DNA from: Zancudomyces culisetae HAW-14-8
Taxonomy: Eukaryota > Fungi > Kickxellomycota
Assembly: GCA_052426225.1 (NCBI GenBank)
Contig: JBNJNM010000012.1
Location: 2,108,001 to 2,172,000, forward strand
Direction: 5' to 3'
DNA: 64,000 nt
Below are positions 1 through 12,754 of the stretch, piece after piece. The notes beneath the pieces were generated by a model. The model saw only the letters and a program-made list of their open reading frames with translations. It was not told the DNA's origin and did no database searches. The number at the start of each line of letters is the position of its first letter. The first letter of the stretch is position 1. The translations under genes and the position numbers were made by a program.

Positions 1-1911
1 TTTTTATTTTTTTTTTTGCAAGAACATGAAAATTGTTTTAATTTTCCCAAGTCATTAAGTAAATCAGCAATCTAGTCAGGTTTCTTTTTCTTGTTTGTTT
101 TATCCTACCGGAACTGTGAGGCCTCGAGTAGTTTTACGTATTATATGCGTGGTTTAATTATCCTCGAACTTTACCCAACCTTCGAGTTATTCCTTTTTTT
201 TTGTTCTTTAGCGGTATTGTTCTGTAATTCACATAATTCACACAGTTTGGACCCCTCACTCCGAAATCAAATAGGAGTATCAGTTTAGTGACACTAGAAA
301 ATTACAACACCAATAGTCATCTCACTTGGCAAAAAGAAAAAGTTAAGAACCAAAAAGCAAAAAAAAATTTTGTTATTGCAGTTTTTCATCCGTGGATAAT
401 GGTCAAATAGTAATATATATGTTAGAAATACCAATAGCAAAAATACCGGAAATATACGTGTATATGACTAAAAATGAGTTGGCTACATGGCCAAAGTTTT
501 TACGCTATTTGGCTATTTCCTAAACCGGTTGATTAGGTTGGTCTAAAGATGTCCTCATTTTTAACAAACTTATAATACACCAACCTTAAATGTGAGACCA
601 TTTTTGTCCATTTGACAGGTTCATGTATCCAGTCTGGTATTACATAAAATTAAAGAAAATCTTTTGAATGCTCCCAGCATTTACGCAAATCCATATATGC
701 AATACATCTGACATTCACCCATCCCTCCTCCTCCAAGCACCAATATACCAAGTCCCTTGTTTGGGATTTATTGTGCAGCATCTATTGTTTATCAATATCT
801 ATATAGCTGCCCTTGAACATCCAATGCTCATAAGGATATGGCTATACCAGCTATGCGATTTCGCTTTTGGGCTTATTTTCCTCCTCCACTGGGTAATAAA
901 AACTATCCACACTAATACCAAGCACACTACTATGACATTTCCATCTGTAGTAAACATCACACAATCAGACTATCAGACTATCCCATTATCCATTATAAAT
1001 CAGGATGATCGTTAACTCACCAAGATTAGATTGTTAGTGGATACACATTTCTACATATACACTGTTCAGCCTCTCATCCAGACATGCTTGTGGTGAACCC
1101 ATACTTAGTTTTCTTTTTCTCATAACTGTTTCTGATGAGACATTCATACACATACAATAAAAGATTTTGTAATGTTAAAAGCATTATAACACCTTTCATA
1201 AACACTAGTATATCTCTTTTTGGCTATCCATTTCTTTAACGCTATGCTAGGAGTAAAATCTGTGTGCATGTATGTGTGCGCGTTCAAGGCCTAGGATTAT
1301 ATTCCTTTAACTACTCTGTTCTTCAAAAAGAAAAAGAAAAGATAAATAAGTACCCATTAGATTCAGATATTGTTGTTAAAAACAGCACATAGACTCTTTA
1401 TGTCTCAACTACAACACAGACACAAAAGAGATGTCGTCCCCTTGCCATTAGCTTTATACAGTATATTTAGTAAAAACATGCCATCAAACATAATACGAAT
1501 AAAAAATGCAATCTTAATTCGTGCTTTTTACTGATATATATTTGAGTTGTGTATGTCACTAGACTTTTTGACTCTTACCAACGCTTTTCTCGGTATAGTC
1601 TTTTCAACCCAATTCTACCTTTATAGTACCTTTATGTTGTTTTTTCTTCTCTTTTTTTATCAGAGAACGCATCTGTTCGTTTTTTATATTAATTTTAGCA
1701 ATAATCGATTATAATACCGATTTTTTACAGATAACAAAACAGATCAAGTTTAGATAAATCCACACAAAATAGCAGTTTTGTCCAAAACTTGTAGTAACCA
1801 TTCAACCATAAATACATCTCAAATCTCATATCCTAAAGTACAATACTATACTTTTATCCTTCACTCCGTCGCTCATAAAATTCTTCAAATCAAAAAAAGA
1901 ATCGTGGTGCA

Positions 1912-4086
1912 ATGAATTCACGACTAGAAAGCGCCATAAAACTAAAGAGTTTTGCGAAGATTTGCAAAAGAAATGGTATGTTGATTTATCTTTTATAACA
2001 GTTCATTTCCAAACTCACAAAGATGCAATGATATATACCAAAAAAAATATTCGATTCTAGATGATATATAACAATATAATATAGTTTGCAAAAAAGTGAG
2101 AGGTATGCCTGATAGATTCGGGATTGACTGTGAAAAAAAATACTTTATTCAGGAACAAGGAAGAAAGATAGCGGAGCTGTTTGGTTTCCAAGAGGCAAAT
2201 ATTATAATATATATATATTAAATAACCAACAATAATTTTGCAGCACTTTTAAGGATTTTACCTGTTGAATAACATATACCTTAGACTGGTAAAGCTAAAC
2301 ATTGCTTTAATTTAACTCTGTATTGTGTTAATTCTAGATACAAACACCCATTTTAGAGCATGCGTCTCTATTTTTGGGAACACTAGGGGATGCAAGTGAT
2401 GTGGCTTCCAAAGAAATTTATTCTTTTAATGATAGGAGTAATAATCTCATTGCAATTAGGCCGGAAGGAACAGCAGGTACTTCCCATTATACATTTCGTT
2501 TGCTTGCATATTCGAGTATACTAAGTGTGTCGACTTTTTGGTGATAAATACCTTTTTCTCCTGTCTTCTTTTCTGACACCCCATTTCTGCCGTGATCAGG
2601 AGGGGGGGAGGGAGAGAGAGAGAGGGAAGGGAATTAAAATGTGAAAAAGCTAAATAATAGATTTTCATCATCTTAGAAAAGTTAAAGCGCATTGATTCAC
2701 TATTTATACTCAACATAGGCGTTGCACGTGCGTTAATAAGCAACGAAAAGCTAGGGCAAACTCCCTTAAGGTACTATTATTATGGACCCATGTTTCGCTA
2801 TGAACGGCCGCAAAAAGGAAGGCTAAGACAGGTCAGATAACTATACTATTTTTTTCGATGTTATGTAAATATCCCACTGCCAAAACAAAAATGAAAACTT
2901 ATCAAAGTCAAAACCTCTTAACTTAAATTCTTGTACTTTTTTTTTTGCAACAGTTTGACCAGTTTGGACTAGAAACAATTGGTACTACGCATCCAAGTGC
3001 GGATGTTGAGGGGTTGCTGGTTGCTTGGAAGTTTATTGAGAAATTAGGTTTATCGGGTATATCAAAATTCAAGTTAAACACCTTAGGAGACCATCATTCA
3101 AGAGAAAATTTTGTGGAACAGTTGAAAAAATACCTCGCTAATAAAAAAGACAAACTTTCTGAGGACAGCAAAATAAGGTTTCTTTTTTTCTTCTCTTCTC
3201 CTCTCTTGTTTAAAATTTGTAGTCTTACAGGATACTAATTTGTCATTTACATATTTAATTTTAGACTGGAAAAGAACCCTCTTCGAATTTTAGATTCAAA
3301 GGATGAACAGGACAAAGAATTGATAAAAAACGGTCCGAAAATATCTGAATATCTGAGTGCACACTCTAAAGAACACTTTGATTATGTGTTGGATGCAGCT
3401 AAAGGCCTAGGAATTTCCTTTGAAATTGATAATAACCTGGTTAGGGGACTGGACTATTACGACCATACGGTATTTGAGTTGGTGACGGAGAGTACAAACC
3501 TTGGTATATCACAAAACTCTATATTGGCAGGTGGAAGATACAATGGTTTATATGACCAGCTGGGCGTTTCTGGTCATCACGCGTGTTTTGGGTAAGTAAT
3601 AAAAAAATTCGTGAATCATGAATTAATTTTTAGTGCCAAACTATAACTAATACTGAGTTTTATGTTTCTAGTTGGGGAGCAGGAGTTGATCGCATTCTTT
3701 TGCTAATTCAAGATGACCAGCTTCCCACAAAGACCAGCCCTGTCCACGTTATCGTTGCTACCACACGTTTTACTGACGAAAGTGATGTTGATTCTATGTG
3801 TCTGCAATCCAGTGCGATTGTCCACAGTTTCAAGGTTTTAGAAAAGTTTGCAGAAAACAAGATACCAGTAAAGCTGTTACATAGCAAAGCTCAGCACCAA
3901 TCTCCCATAACTTACCCCAAGCTTTCATCTCAGTTAAAATCACTTGAAAATGAAGCACAGAATGTGGTCGTAATAGGCAACCATGAGGCTAAAAATAATG
4001 GTGTTCGTGTAAGAAATTCTACAAGCAAAAAGTTTGAATTTCTTAGTGTTGAAGATGCCGTCACCCGGTTTAAGCGTGTAAGCTAA
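1912..4086 (+). CDS. Histidyl-tRNA synthetase, bacterial/organellar type, probably mitochondrial (7 exons)
   Basis: Inferred exons: 1912-1975, 2085-2194, 2338-2476, 2719-2831, 2954-3177, 3265-3591, 3672-4086. The spliced protein has the HisRS motifs [74 protein letters not shown] and FGWGAGVDR. The N-terminus is basic ([20 protein letters not shown]), like a presequence. Confidence 0.93.
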
Positions 4087-4390
4087 TAGATTACAACCAC
4101 CCTCCGTTCCGTTTTTTATTTGATCTTTGCAATCAGAACAATCTTGGCCTTTTTTTTTTTGCAGAAAAAAAAACTATTAATTGGTAAGAATGACGAAAAC
4201 GGCTACCAATCCAGCGAAAAAATTTTCTACGGCATTTATGTATCCAGTCCAGGTTAAATTTGATCATGCATTTTCATTCTTTTACTTGCACACTTTCCCT
4301 TGATAATATACTACGATTCAGTAATATAGTAAAGTAGTGATTTCCAGTTTAATATATATATTTTTTGAATAATTTAACCATCCAAAAGTT

Positions 4391-5074
4391 ATGAGCATGA
4401 GTTTTCCTGTAAAAAGGCTACTAACAAATCTCCTGAAATTCGAGGGTCGCAATCTGGGCAGGACTCTACCTTTGGCTGAAAATTCTACTTCATTGCATTC
4501 ACAAGCTCCTCGGATCGACAGGATAATCAATGGACCCATAAATAGATCTATCTTTTCCAACAAAATTTTGCAATCTTATTTCAGCACTATTAGCAGATTA
4601 AACGAAAAAAACGAACATGAGACCCAAGTAGTCGGCGAAGCCAATGACGCTTTGTCGTCAAACCCTGAAATGAAAGGCGAGAATAAGCCACAACAATTGG
4701 AATTGAAAAGCGATAGTACAGAAAAAGTAAAAGAAGCAGATCCAAACGCTAAAAATGTGGGTAGATTTCTAATTGGATTTACATGCAAAGTTTGCAAGCA
4801 CAGACAGTATAAGAGCGTGTCAAAAAGGGCGTATAATGAGGGTGTCGTTTTGATAAAATGCGATGGTTGCCAGAATAGACATTTGTTTGCCGACCATTTG
4901 GGATGGTTTAGAGATAGCAGACTTACAATAGAAGATTTAATGAAGGAAAACGGAGAAGAAGTTGTTAAGATTGCAAACGATGGACTCTTGGATGTTTTGG
5001 GTACTGATGAAAAGAACGAAGTTGTGGAAAAGCTAAAAGAAATGTTTGAAAATGATAAAACACCCAAAAAATGA
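4391..5074 (+). CDS. ZIM17: Mitochondrial DNL zinc-finger Hsp70 escort protein (Zim17/Tim15/Hep1)
   Basis: zf-DNL signature FTCKVC...AYNEGVVLIKCDGCQNRHLFADHLGWF; Arg/Ser/Leu-rich N-terminal presequence. Confidence 0.93.
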   Translation: MSMSFPVKRLLTNLLKFEGRNLGRTLPLAENSTSLHSQAPRIDRIINGPINRSIFSNKILQSYFSTISRLNEKNEHETQVVGEANDALSSNPEMKGENKPQQLELKSDSTEKVKEADPNAKNVGRFLIGFTCKVCKHRQYKSVSKRAYNEGVVLIKCDGCQNRHLFADHLGWFRDSRLTIEDLMKENGEEVVKIANDGLLDVLGTDEKNEVVEKLKEMFENDKTPKK

Positions 5075-7408
5075 TAATCTTTGTTCTACTTTTTTTCTTT
5101 TTTTGGTTTTAGAGAGTTTTACTCATTCTTTTTGTAGACATGGTCTTACCAATAGAAATGCGAGGCACTGGTATACCTTTATTTTGTTTTATATTTTTGA
5201 ACAGCTTCCTCATGTAAAAGATATAAAGAGACGGAATCTATGCTCTGTTATACACAGAAGTGCGATTTTTTTTCTCCAGTTGAAAGTGACTTTTCTGTAA
5301 GACAAAAGTATAAAAACGAAAATATTTTTCGGAACATGGTAAAACATTACGGCCTAACATTCTACCAGTTAGTTAGTTTACACATGATTCAAGGTGACGA
5401 ATAGACAGTGGCCCTGGGTGTATTGAAATCTTATCTTTGTGTGATACGCGAAACTGATAGACAGGCGAGTTTAGTGCCCCAGTTTTTTTTATCTATAAAA
5501 AAGTGCATGTCCAGTAAATGAACATGGTTGTCTTTTATCAACTCGCCACAGTATGGATCATTTAGGACGAAAAATAAAACTCACAGACACATCCGCAGAA
5601 CAAGAAATCCGTCTTATAAAACTATTGCACCCAGAAACTCACAGTTTTGGGTACGCAAATCATATGCCTCTCCCTTTTTTTTTTGTATATTCTGCTGTAG
5701 AACTTCAGAGTTTAAATTCAAACTTTAAAACCAATATATTCACTATTTTATACTACAGGAATAATTTTCTTTCAAAAAAGGTAGACTAGTTAAATATAAC
5801 ACATTGCTAATGTTTTACACAAATATATTTTGATCAGCTTCAAGTGTCTATTAAGAGTAAGTAGTTGAACTACTGATTTGATCGAAATGTTCCGCTCAGT
5901 TCTTCTTTACCGCTCAACATCTATATAAAATACTTTGCAATTGGTGCTGTAAAGGAATGAGCGTTTTAAGTGATGATGTTATTTTAACGCCGATGAAATA
6001 ACCACCCATGCAATAAAGCTGATGAATTGAGATGTCTATCCTCCGAGCAGATGTGTTATCTTGTCCCCTTTGATAAAATTTTGTTTTTGTTGGCATTGTT
6101 TTAAAGGTATGTGGGGAGTAGCATTAACCACAAATAAGTATTTTTTTATTTCAGAGTTTGGTTAACTCTGATTGATTAATGATGTACAGTAAATGTCTAT
6201 TTATAAAAAAATTGCACTTTGAACTCCACATATTTCCTTACATAAAAAAAAAAAAAAAACTCACTAGTCAAAAATCAAGCAAATGGGCCAGTGAAATACT
6301 AGAAAAGGGTGGGTACTTATTTGAAGCACCATAGTCATTAGCATATAATGCCTATTTTCTTGCCAAGTATAACAAATTAGATTAGTAGGATTAGTTGAGC
6401 GGGTTGGTATACAAACTCACAAAGTGAACTGGATTTAGTGCCAGTACCCTTATTACGAGGAAGACAAAAAAAAAGCAAAGGGGGAAAAAAAAGAAAAGGG
6501 AATATGGGTGTTGATACCAGCTATTGGAATATAACGAAAACAATAGTACTAAAATTTGAACCATTATTTAAGCCAGGTCAGAGGGGGTTAGTGAATACTG
6601 GCATCTAAGTGGCAAAAAGGAGTTGTTAAAAATATGGTGCTTGATTTACAAAAGACGTGTTACCCCCAATACACCTGTATGCTACTCGAATTGATAACAC
6701 TTTTTAGCGCTAAAAAAGGGGAAACTAAGCCCACAACCAATAAATGTGTGTTCTGAAACAGATACTTGTGAACGTTTATTTTGGTGCCAGTTTTATAGGC
6801 CACAAAATCCAAAGTAGATTAGTTATTCTACTAGAAGGATTACAGCACTTTTTGCAGAGAATAGCCTTGTGGTGAAGAAATAGTAAAACATCTGAACCTA
6901 GAGTTTGATTGCTTACGGGTTTGTTTACTGTCCTATTATTAAAATTTTGTTGTTATTTGGAGAACAGTAAGAGTAATGTAAAAATGGCAAATATAAAAAG
7001 AAATAACAATTTTACATTGACAACTGGAATATATTTTAACTATCATATCAACTTTGGTCCCTTTTTTTGTGCACTTATTCACTTATGTTATTGTTTTTAA
7101 CGGGCGTATGAATGGATAAACAATAAATATAGCCAAAAAATCTCAATTAATTTATTATATTAAAAAAGAATTATTCTTGCATTGAAGTTGACATTTCAAC
7201 GATCCCATTTCTATACATCTTTTTATAACACAGGAGCATAATAGCACACACGCTGTAAAAATCAATATATGCAAAGAAAAGTATTGAGTACCTTAGCATT
7301 TTTCTTTTACCATTGACAAACTCAATAAGAAAAAACAGCAACTGTATGCTTACATAAACAACAAAAGCTTCACTACTCGGTTAGATATCACATAAAAGTT
7401 TAGAAATA

Positions 7409-10196
7409 ATGCTCCTTTCTTCACATGCTTTCGACAAAAATCAGGACAACAATACCCAAAAGCAAAATACCTTGGATCGGTTTAATTGCATTGACGACAA
7501 GAGCAACTCTAAGGGTAACATCAACGCAAATCAACTAAGAGCTTGGGATAACAGACAGCCTCCTGTTAATTATGGTAACAGCTCAGTTGAATTAAATTTG
7601 AATACAATATTTAATCAGCACCAAAAAATATTGAGCTCAATCGATCTTATCAACCAAAATGAAACAATAAAAATAATTCAAAACAGTAATGGTGAGGATG
7701 TGTTAAACAACATCAAGTATAATGATGGTTTTATGATTCCCAACCACGAAATCAATACCGAAAAAACCATTTTAAACTTTAGCGATACACAAAGAGCCTT
7801 TGATATAGGTGATTATGGAAAAAATAATATTGAAAACAACAATAGATACCACTATCTACCTACCATGGAAATGGATGGTATAAACAAACATGGCTATGAA
7901 GGTAATCTATCAGGAGGTGTAAATCCCAATATGAATATGGGAATAAACATGGATATGAACCCAAACATGAGTATGAACATGCACTCACATGTTAATACAA
8001 GCATGAATACAGGTATGAACCCGAATATGAATTCAAACATGAATCCAAACATAAACGCCAACATAAATGGAAGTTTTAATGTAAACAATCGCTCCAACAT
8101 TGATCAAATCATCTATCAAAACATAATGGGTAAGGGTACTGACTCTTTTTCAAAAAACCCAAACTCTACACTTATTCCTAAAGAACAACCCATAAACTAT
8201 ACCAACATTTTGCACCCTGTTCCGTTGAACAGTGGTAACTATGGCGGATATGGTAACTTGCAGGTTAACTCGTTAAGACCAGTCGGAGTTTCAACTTCGC
8301 TAGGGGGTGATTTACAAAATTCCTCCCTATTGAATAAAGCAAATTTGGTCTTTGAGGGTGACCTAGATTCTATTCTTAATAACTGGACCAATGATGAAAA
8401 GAACTGTGGAAGAAGGTTGGTTCAGTTTTGGAAAAGGAATGACAAGTGTAATATAATATGTACCTTTAAGCCTATCAATGCCTACGAAAGAACTCCAAAT
8501 AGTATTGTAGTTTCGTGTATATATTGGGAAAACAAAAAGGACTACTTTATTACTAGTGTTGACTGCATCCATCTCCTCGAATCTCTGATCTCTGTGAGGT
8601 TTACTGTAGAAGAAAAAAATAGAATTCGCAGGAATTTGGAGGGTTTTAGGCCTCTAACAGCAAGCAAATGCAAGTCGGATTCTGCAGATTTCTTTAAACT
8701 TATAATGTCATTCCCCAACCCAAAACCTAGAAACATTGAAAAAGATGTAAAAGTTTTTAGATGGAAATCTCTTTCCTATGCCTTGAAGAAAATCATTGGA
8801 AAGTATACTTCAAGTTCAAGCAGCCACAGGGCTAATGGCTTGCTTGGGTCATCATTTGAGTCTAAAAAACACGAGTCCGGTCAGGGAACCCGGTTAATTC
8901 CAGTACCCAAAAACGGAGCAAACTCAACCAACCAGTATGCAAATAAACAAAAAATTAAACCAAAAAGCATGAACTATGTGTATGAAGATGCTTTGTTAGG
9001 GGTAAGTTATGGTGGAGCAGAGAGCAGCGGTTGCAATAAATCTTTAGAAGCCTTGATGAACTCGCAAAGAGGTGTTAAATCAAAAGCTACTGATTTCCCG
9101 CTAAACACATTACTTGGGCACACACCGCTCATTGACCAGGCAAACGCACCAAAGTTTGACAAATCACTCAGTTCAAATCCGCAATTTACTCCCTCAATCG
9201 GAAACCAGGGCAACGTAGCTAAACAAACAACAAGTTTGGATTCAATAAATAAAAGCACAACTTTTGGCGGACATGATGAAAAAACTCTATTTATTGATCA
9301 TGCAAATGGAAATTCTGCTAGCAACCTATTTAACGAAAATATAAAGAAAATCACAACCAGTAACTCTAAAATACTGGACTTTCATATGCCCCTTAACAGT
9401 ATCCCAGAGTTCTACAGTCAACCCTGTGATAACCCAGGCAAAATAAAAAACAATGACGATATTAACTTTGCGGTTTATGATACCATTTTAAACAACTGCA
9501 ACTATAACAATGAAATAAATATAGATGGCTTAACAACGTATTCAGGTGGTGAAGAGCACGAATCCCAAACAAACAGTATTCAACTGCCAATGGGGTCCGA
9601 ACTCTACAATAAAAGCGATCTATTCATCAACTCATTAAATTTCAGTCTCACAAACTCCAGTGATAACACTCTACAGGTTTCGCCCACCGAGACAATTGAG
9701 CCCATTGATCATTCAACATCTGGAGCAGTAATGCAAAACCCTTATTTGTTTACTAAAGACAATGACTCACATCTTTTCAACCAAGGTAATTACATTTTTC
9801 TTCGTTAGCCTGGCTGAAGCACAGGTTAGTAATGATTAATCATTAACATTAACATTTATATTTGTCAGGTACACTCTTTTTACGTAGTGGAGGATATTCT
9901 CTTTCTAATACTCATGACTAATAGTAAAAATATTCTATTTTTAATATTGTATAGCTATAGAAACCCAACTTTACGAAAATGAAGTGAATATTAGTGCCAT
10001 CATGGAAAATACTAATACCACAAAGAATATGATCTCTACACTCAATGCATATGATGCAAATAACTCTGAGTTTAAACTCAAAAATCACGATTTATCCCTT
10101 AACGAACCTTCAAACAGCATTAAATTAGATAAATGTATGAATAATGACTTTAACATCCCGCAGCAAGTTAAAATCCTTTACAAGGGTATAGTTTGA
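7409..10196 (+). CDS. MedA (Medusa)/ACON-3-family developmental regulator; 2 exons likely
   Basis: Conserved core GRRLVQFW...VSCIYW...ITSVDCIHLLESL...RFTVEEKNRIRRNLEGFRPLT...FFKLIMSFPNPKPRNIEKDVKVFRW, flanked by Asn-rich low-complexity sequence. A probable phase-1 intron at 9786-9954 (GTAAT...ATAG) joins the 799-aa ORF in frame to 9955-10196. Confidence 0.8.
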
Positions 10197-12754
10197 GATT
10201 AATTTGTTTTATTTTCGTAAAGCATTTTCCTTAGCTCAGACCATGCTCCTTTAAGCGAATATACTTTCCTTTCCTCGATTACTGATCGCGTTGTATTTAC
10301 ATTAATAGTTATATTTAAACGGGAAGGAGGGAACCTTCCTGCCTTAGTTAGATTTGGAAATTCATAGAATGATTTTACCCTGAACAAATATTATTACGTT
10401 TTTTTCTCCTTTACCAAAAAGAAAAGATAATAAACTTAATTATCACATAAAAATAAATAAAATATACACACTTCATACTGGTGTTAGATTGGTACTATCC
10501 TGGGTGGGGAGGTATTCATTCTTGAGCGAAGAATGTTTAAGCTTTAGCAGAGAAATGGAGGTCCCAAGATACCCATGTAATTGTGCAAAAAATATTTTTG
10601 TTTTCAGTCTACAAAAAAATGTGTGTTTGTGCCATTCTAACAGATATAAATTAATGTTATTTAGTCTTTTTTTGCTTTGTATACTACCTTTATTCTGTAA
10701 AAAAAGATAAAAAGATTATATGTACACTTTAATTGCTAAAATATTTAAACATTGCAAACTTTAACATTCATGTGCAAACTAAATTTAAAATAAAACGCGA
10801 AAAAGGGGATAGTGACAAATTTTGGTCTTTATAATCCATGTTTTGTTGGACAGTTTTGTTTATTTTGCTTTTTTTTGTTTACAAGTATCTAGCATGTTTT
10901 TTTTTCGGGATGATGTTGATATATTGTGTCACCAAAAGGCTGAACTTTATGCTAAAAATAAATAAATAAATAAATAAATAAACAGAAAATAAATATTAAA
11001 AACCTAAAATACACATGTAAAATATATACAGACTTGCACAGGCTTACTGGAAAAGTTGTATAAGAACATGACTACAGAACGGAACACAATAAAGATTTCA
11101 AACGAGTATTTGTATCAACAAATATTCATCCGGCGCCTTACCGATTATGCCTAACTGTATATTTCTTTTTAAGAAATGTAGTAATATTTTTCAACCCACT
11201 TCAAGTAATCATCATAACACTGATTGTATCATTAAAATGAGTAAGCTCGAAAAAGAGTGCTTTACTGGTTATTTTTTACGAAAGAGCAAAAAACAATAAA
11301 ACAAAATAGCCAACGTTAAACTCAATGCTGAGTTTATATTTTTGTCGGAAAGCTGATCATCTAAGTACATATTTATTTTAATGTGTCTGTTCTTCAAAAC
11401 TGAATTAAATTCGCTAGAAAGCAATGACCTAAAAGTATTCAAATCACAGTCCTATTTCAAAAGCGCTTAACTTGAGATTGTTTAACGCACTTTCTATAAT
11501 TATCTTTCAATATATAATAACACACTTAACACTTTTATCTAAAATACCAGCAACTTTAGAGCTACAGCTCATATATCTCATAGTCAGCTTACAAGTCAGA
11601 CGTTTCCATTGTGGGCAAATCCAAACTGATACTTTTCTGCCTTTTTTCTGGCTTTTATTGTGGCAAACCAAAAAAAAATAAAATAAAGGGTTCAAAAATC
11701 ACGTAAATTAAAATGAAAAAATTAGGAAAATAAAGGCGAGAATACATTTTTAATGGCATTTGCAATGTTACTGGTTTTAGAAATTCGTTTAAAATTGCGG
11801 CAAAAGAGCTTATAAATTGAACTAAAATAATAAAAAAATTCAATAAATTAAATTAAAATGAAATAAATAAAATGAAAAACCTATACCAAGTCTACAAAAA
11901 AAAACAACAATTAAATGGATATAATAGGAACTTGAAAAAAATAAACACACAAGCCAGATATTAGTAGGAAAAAATAGAGTTGTAACAATACAACCGTGTA
12001 AATATAAAAAAGCAAATACCCTGCCATCTAATAAAGAATCCAACAAGGATTAACGATACAGGAATCTAATTCTAAAAGGGTTAATCTTATTCGATTTAAT
12101 AATTGGCCCTTTGTGAATCACAATTTTTGAATTGATTATACACTACTACAAAATCCAACTAGGAAGGGGCCCGCGTTAAAGCGAAAATTTGGGGGGAAAA
12201 GGATAGCGGTGATAAAGGTGAAAAAGCAACTATCTTTTGCGGGATTCTCGACGACTAAACATTCAGAGTAAAATTTCTACTAGGTTTTATGGTGCAAGTA
12301 GATGCAAGAATAGCGATTTCCGGTTAATTTTGACATTTTCTTTGATTATACCACACTAAAGCGATATACCTGCATTTTAGTGTTGATAAAAACAACAGTC
12401 TAGAAACGAAAGAGCTAGGCAAATTCCTATACAACACGCTCAAATAGAAAAGCAATTCAATCTCTGGACTATTTAAAGAGCTAAACTGAAACGAAAGAGA
12501 ATCAGAGCTTGAAGAAGAGAGAAAATATAAAAGCAGACAGGGTATATTTAACTACACTGGATGTACATCAGTTTTTTGACTGCTTTCCTAGAAACTCCTC
12601 CAGAGAGAGAATATTTTGTAGAATTGACGCACTCTGCTAACATTTTTTGAAAAAAGAGGCGATAGAATTGATACCTTTGCGATTCGAAAAGAATAAGGCG
12701 GCAAAAATAAGCTAGATTCAGAGTTTCTGATTCAAAATTTCATTGTACGATAAT

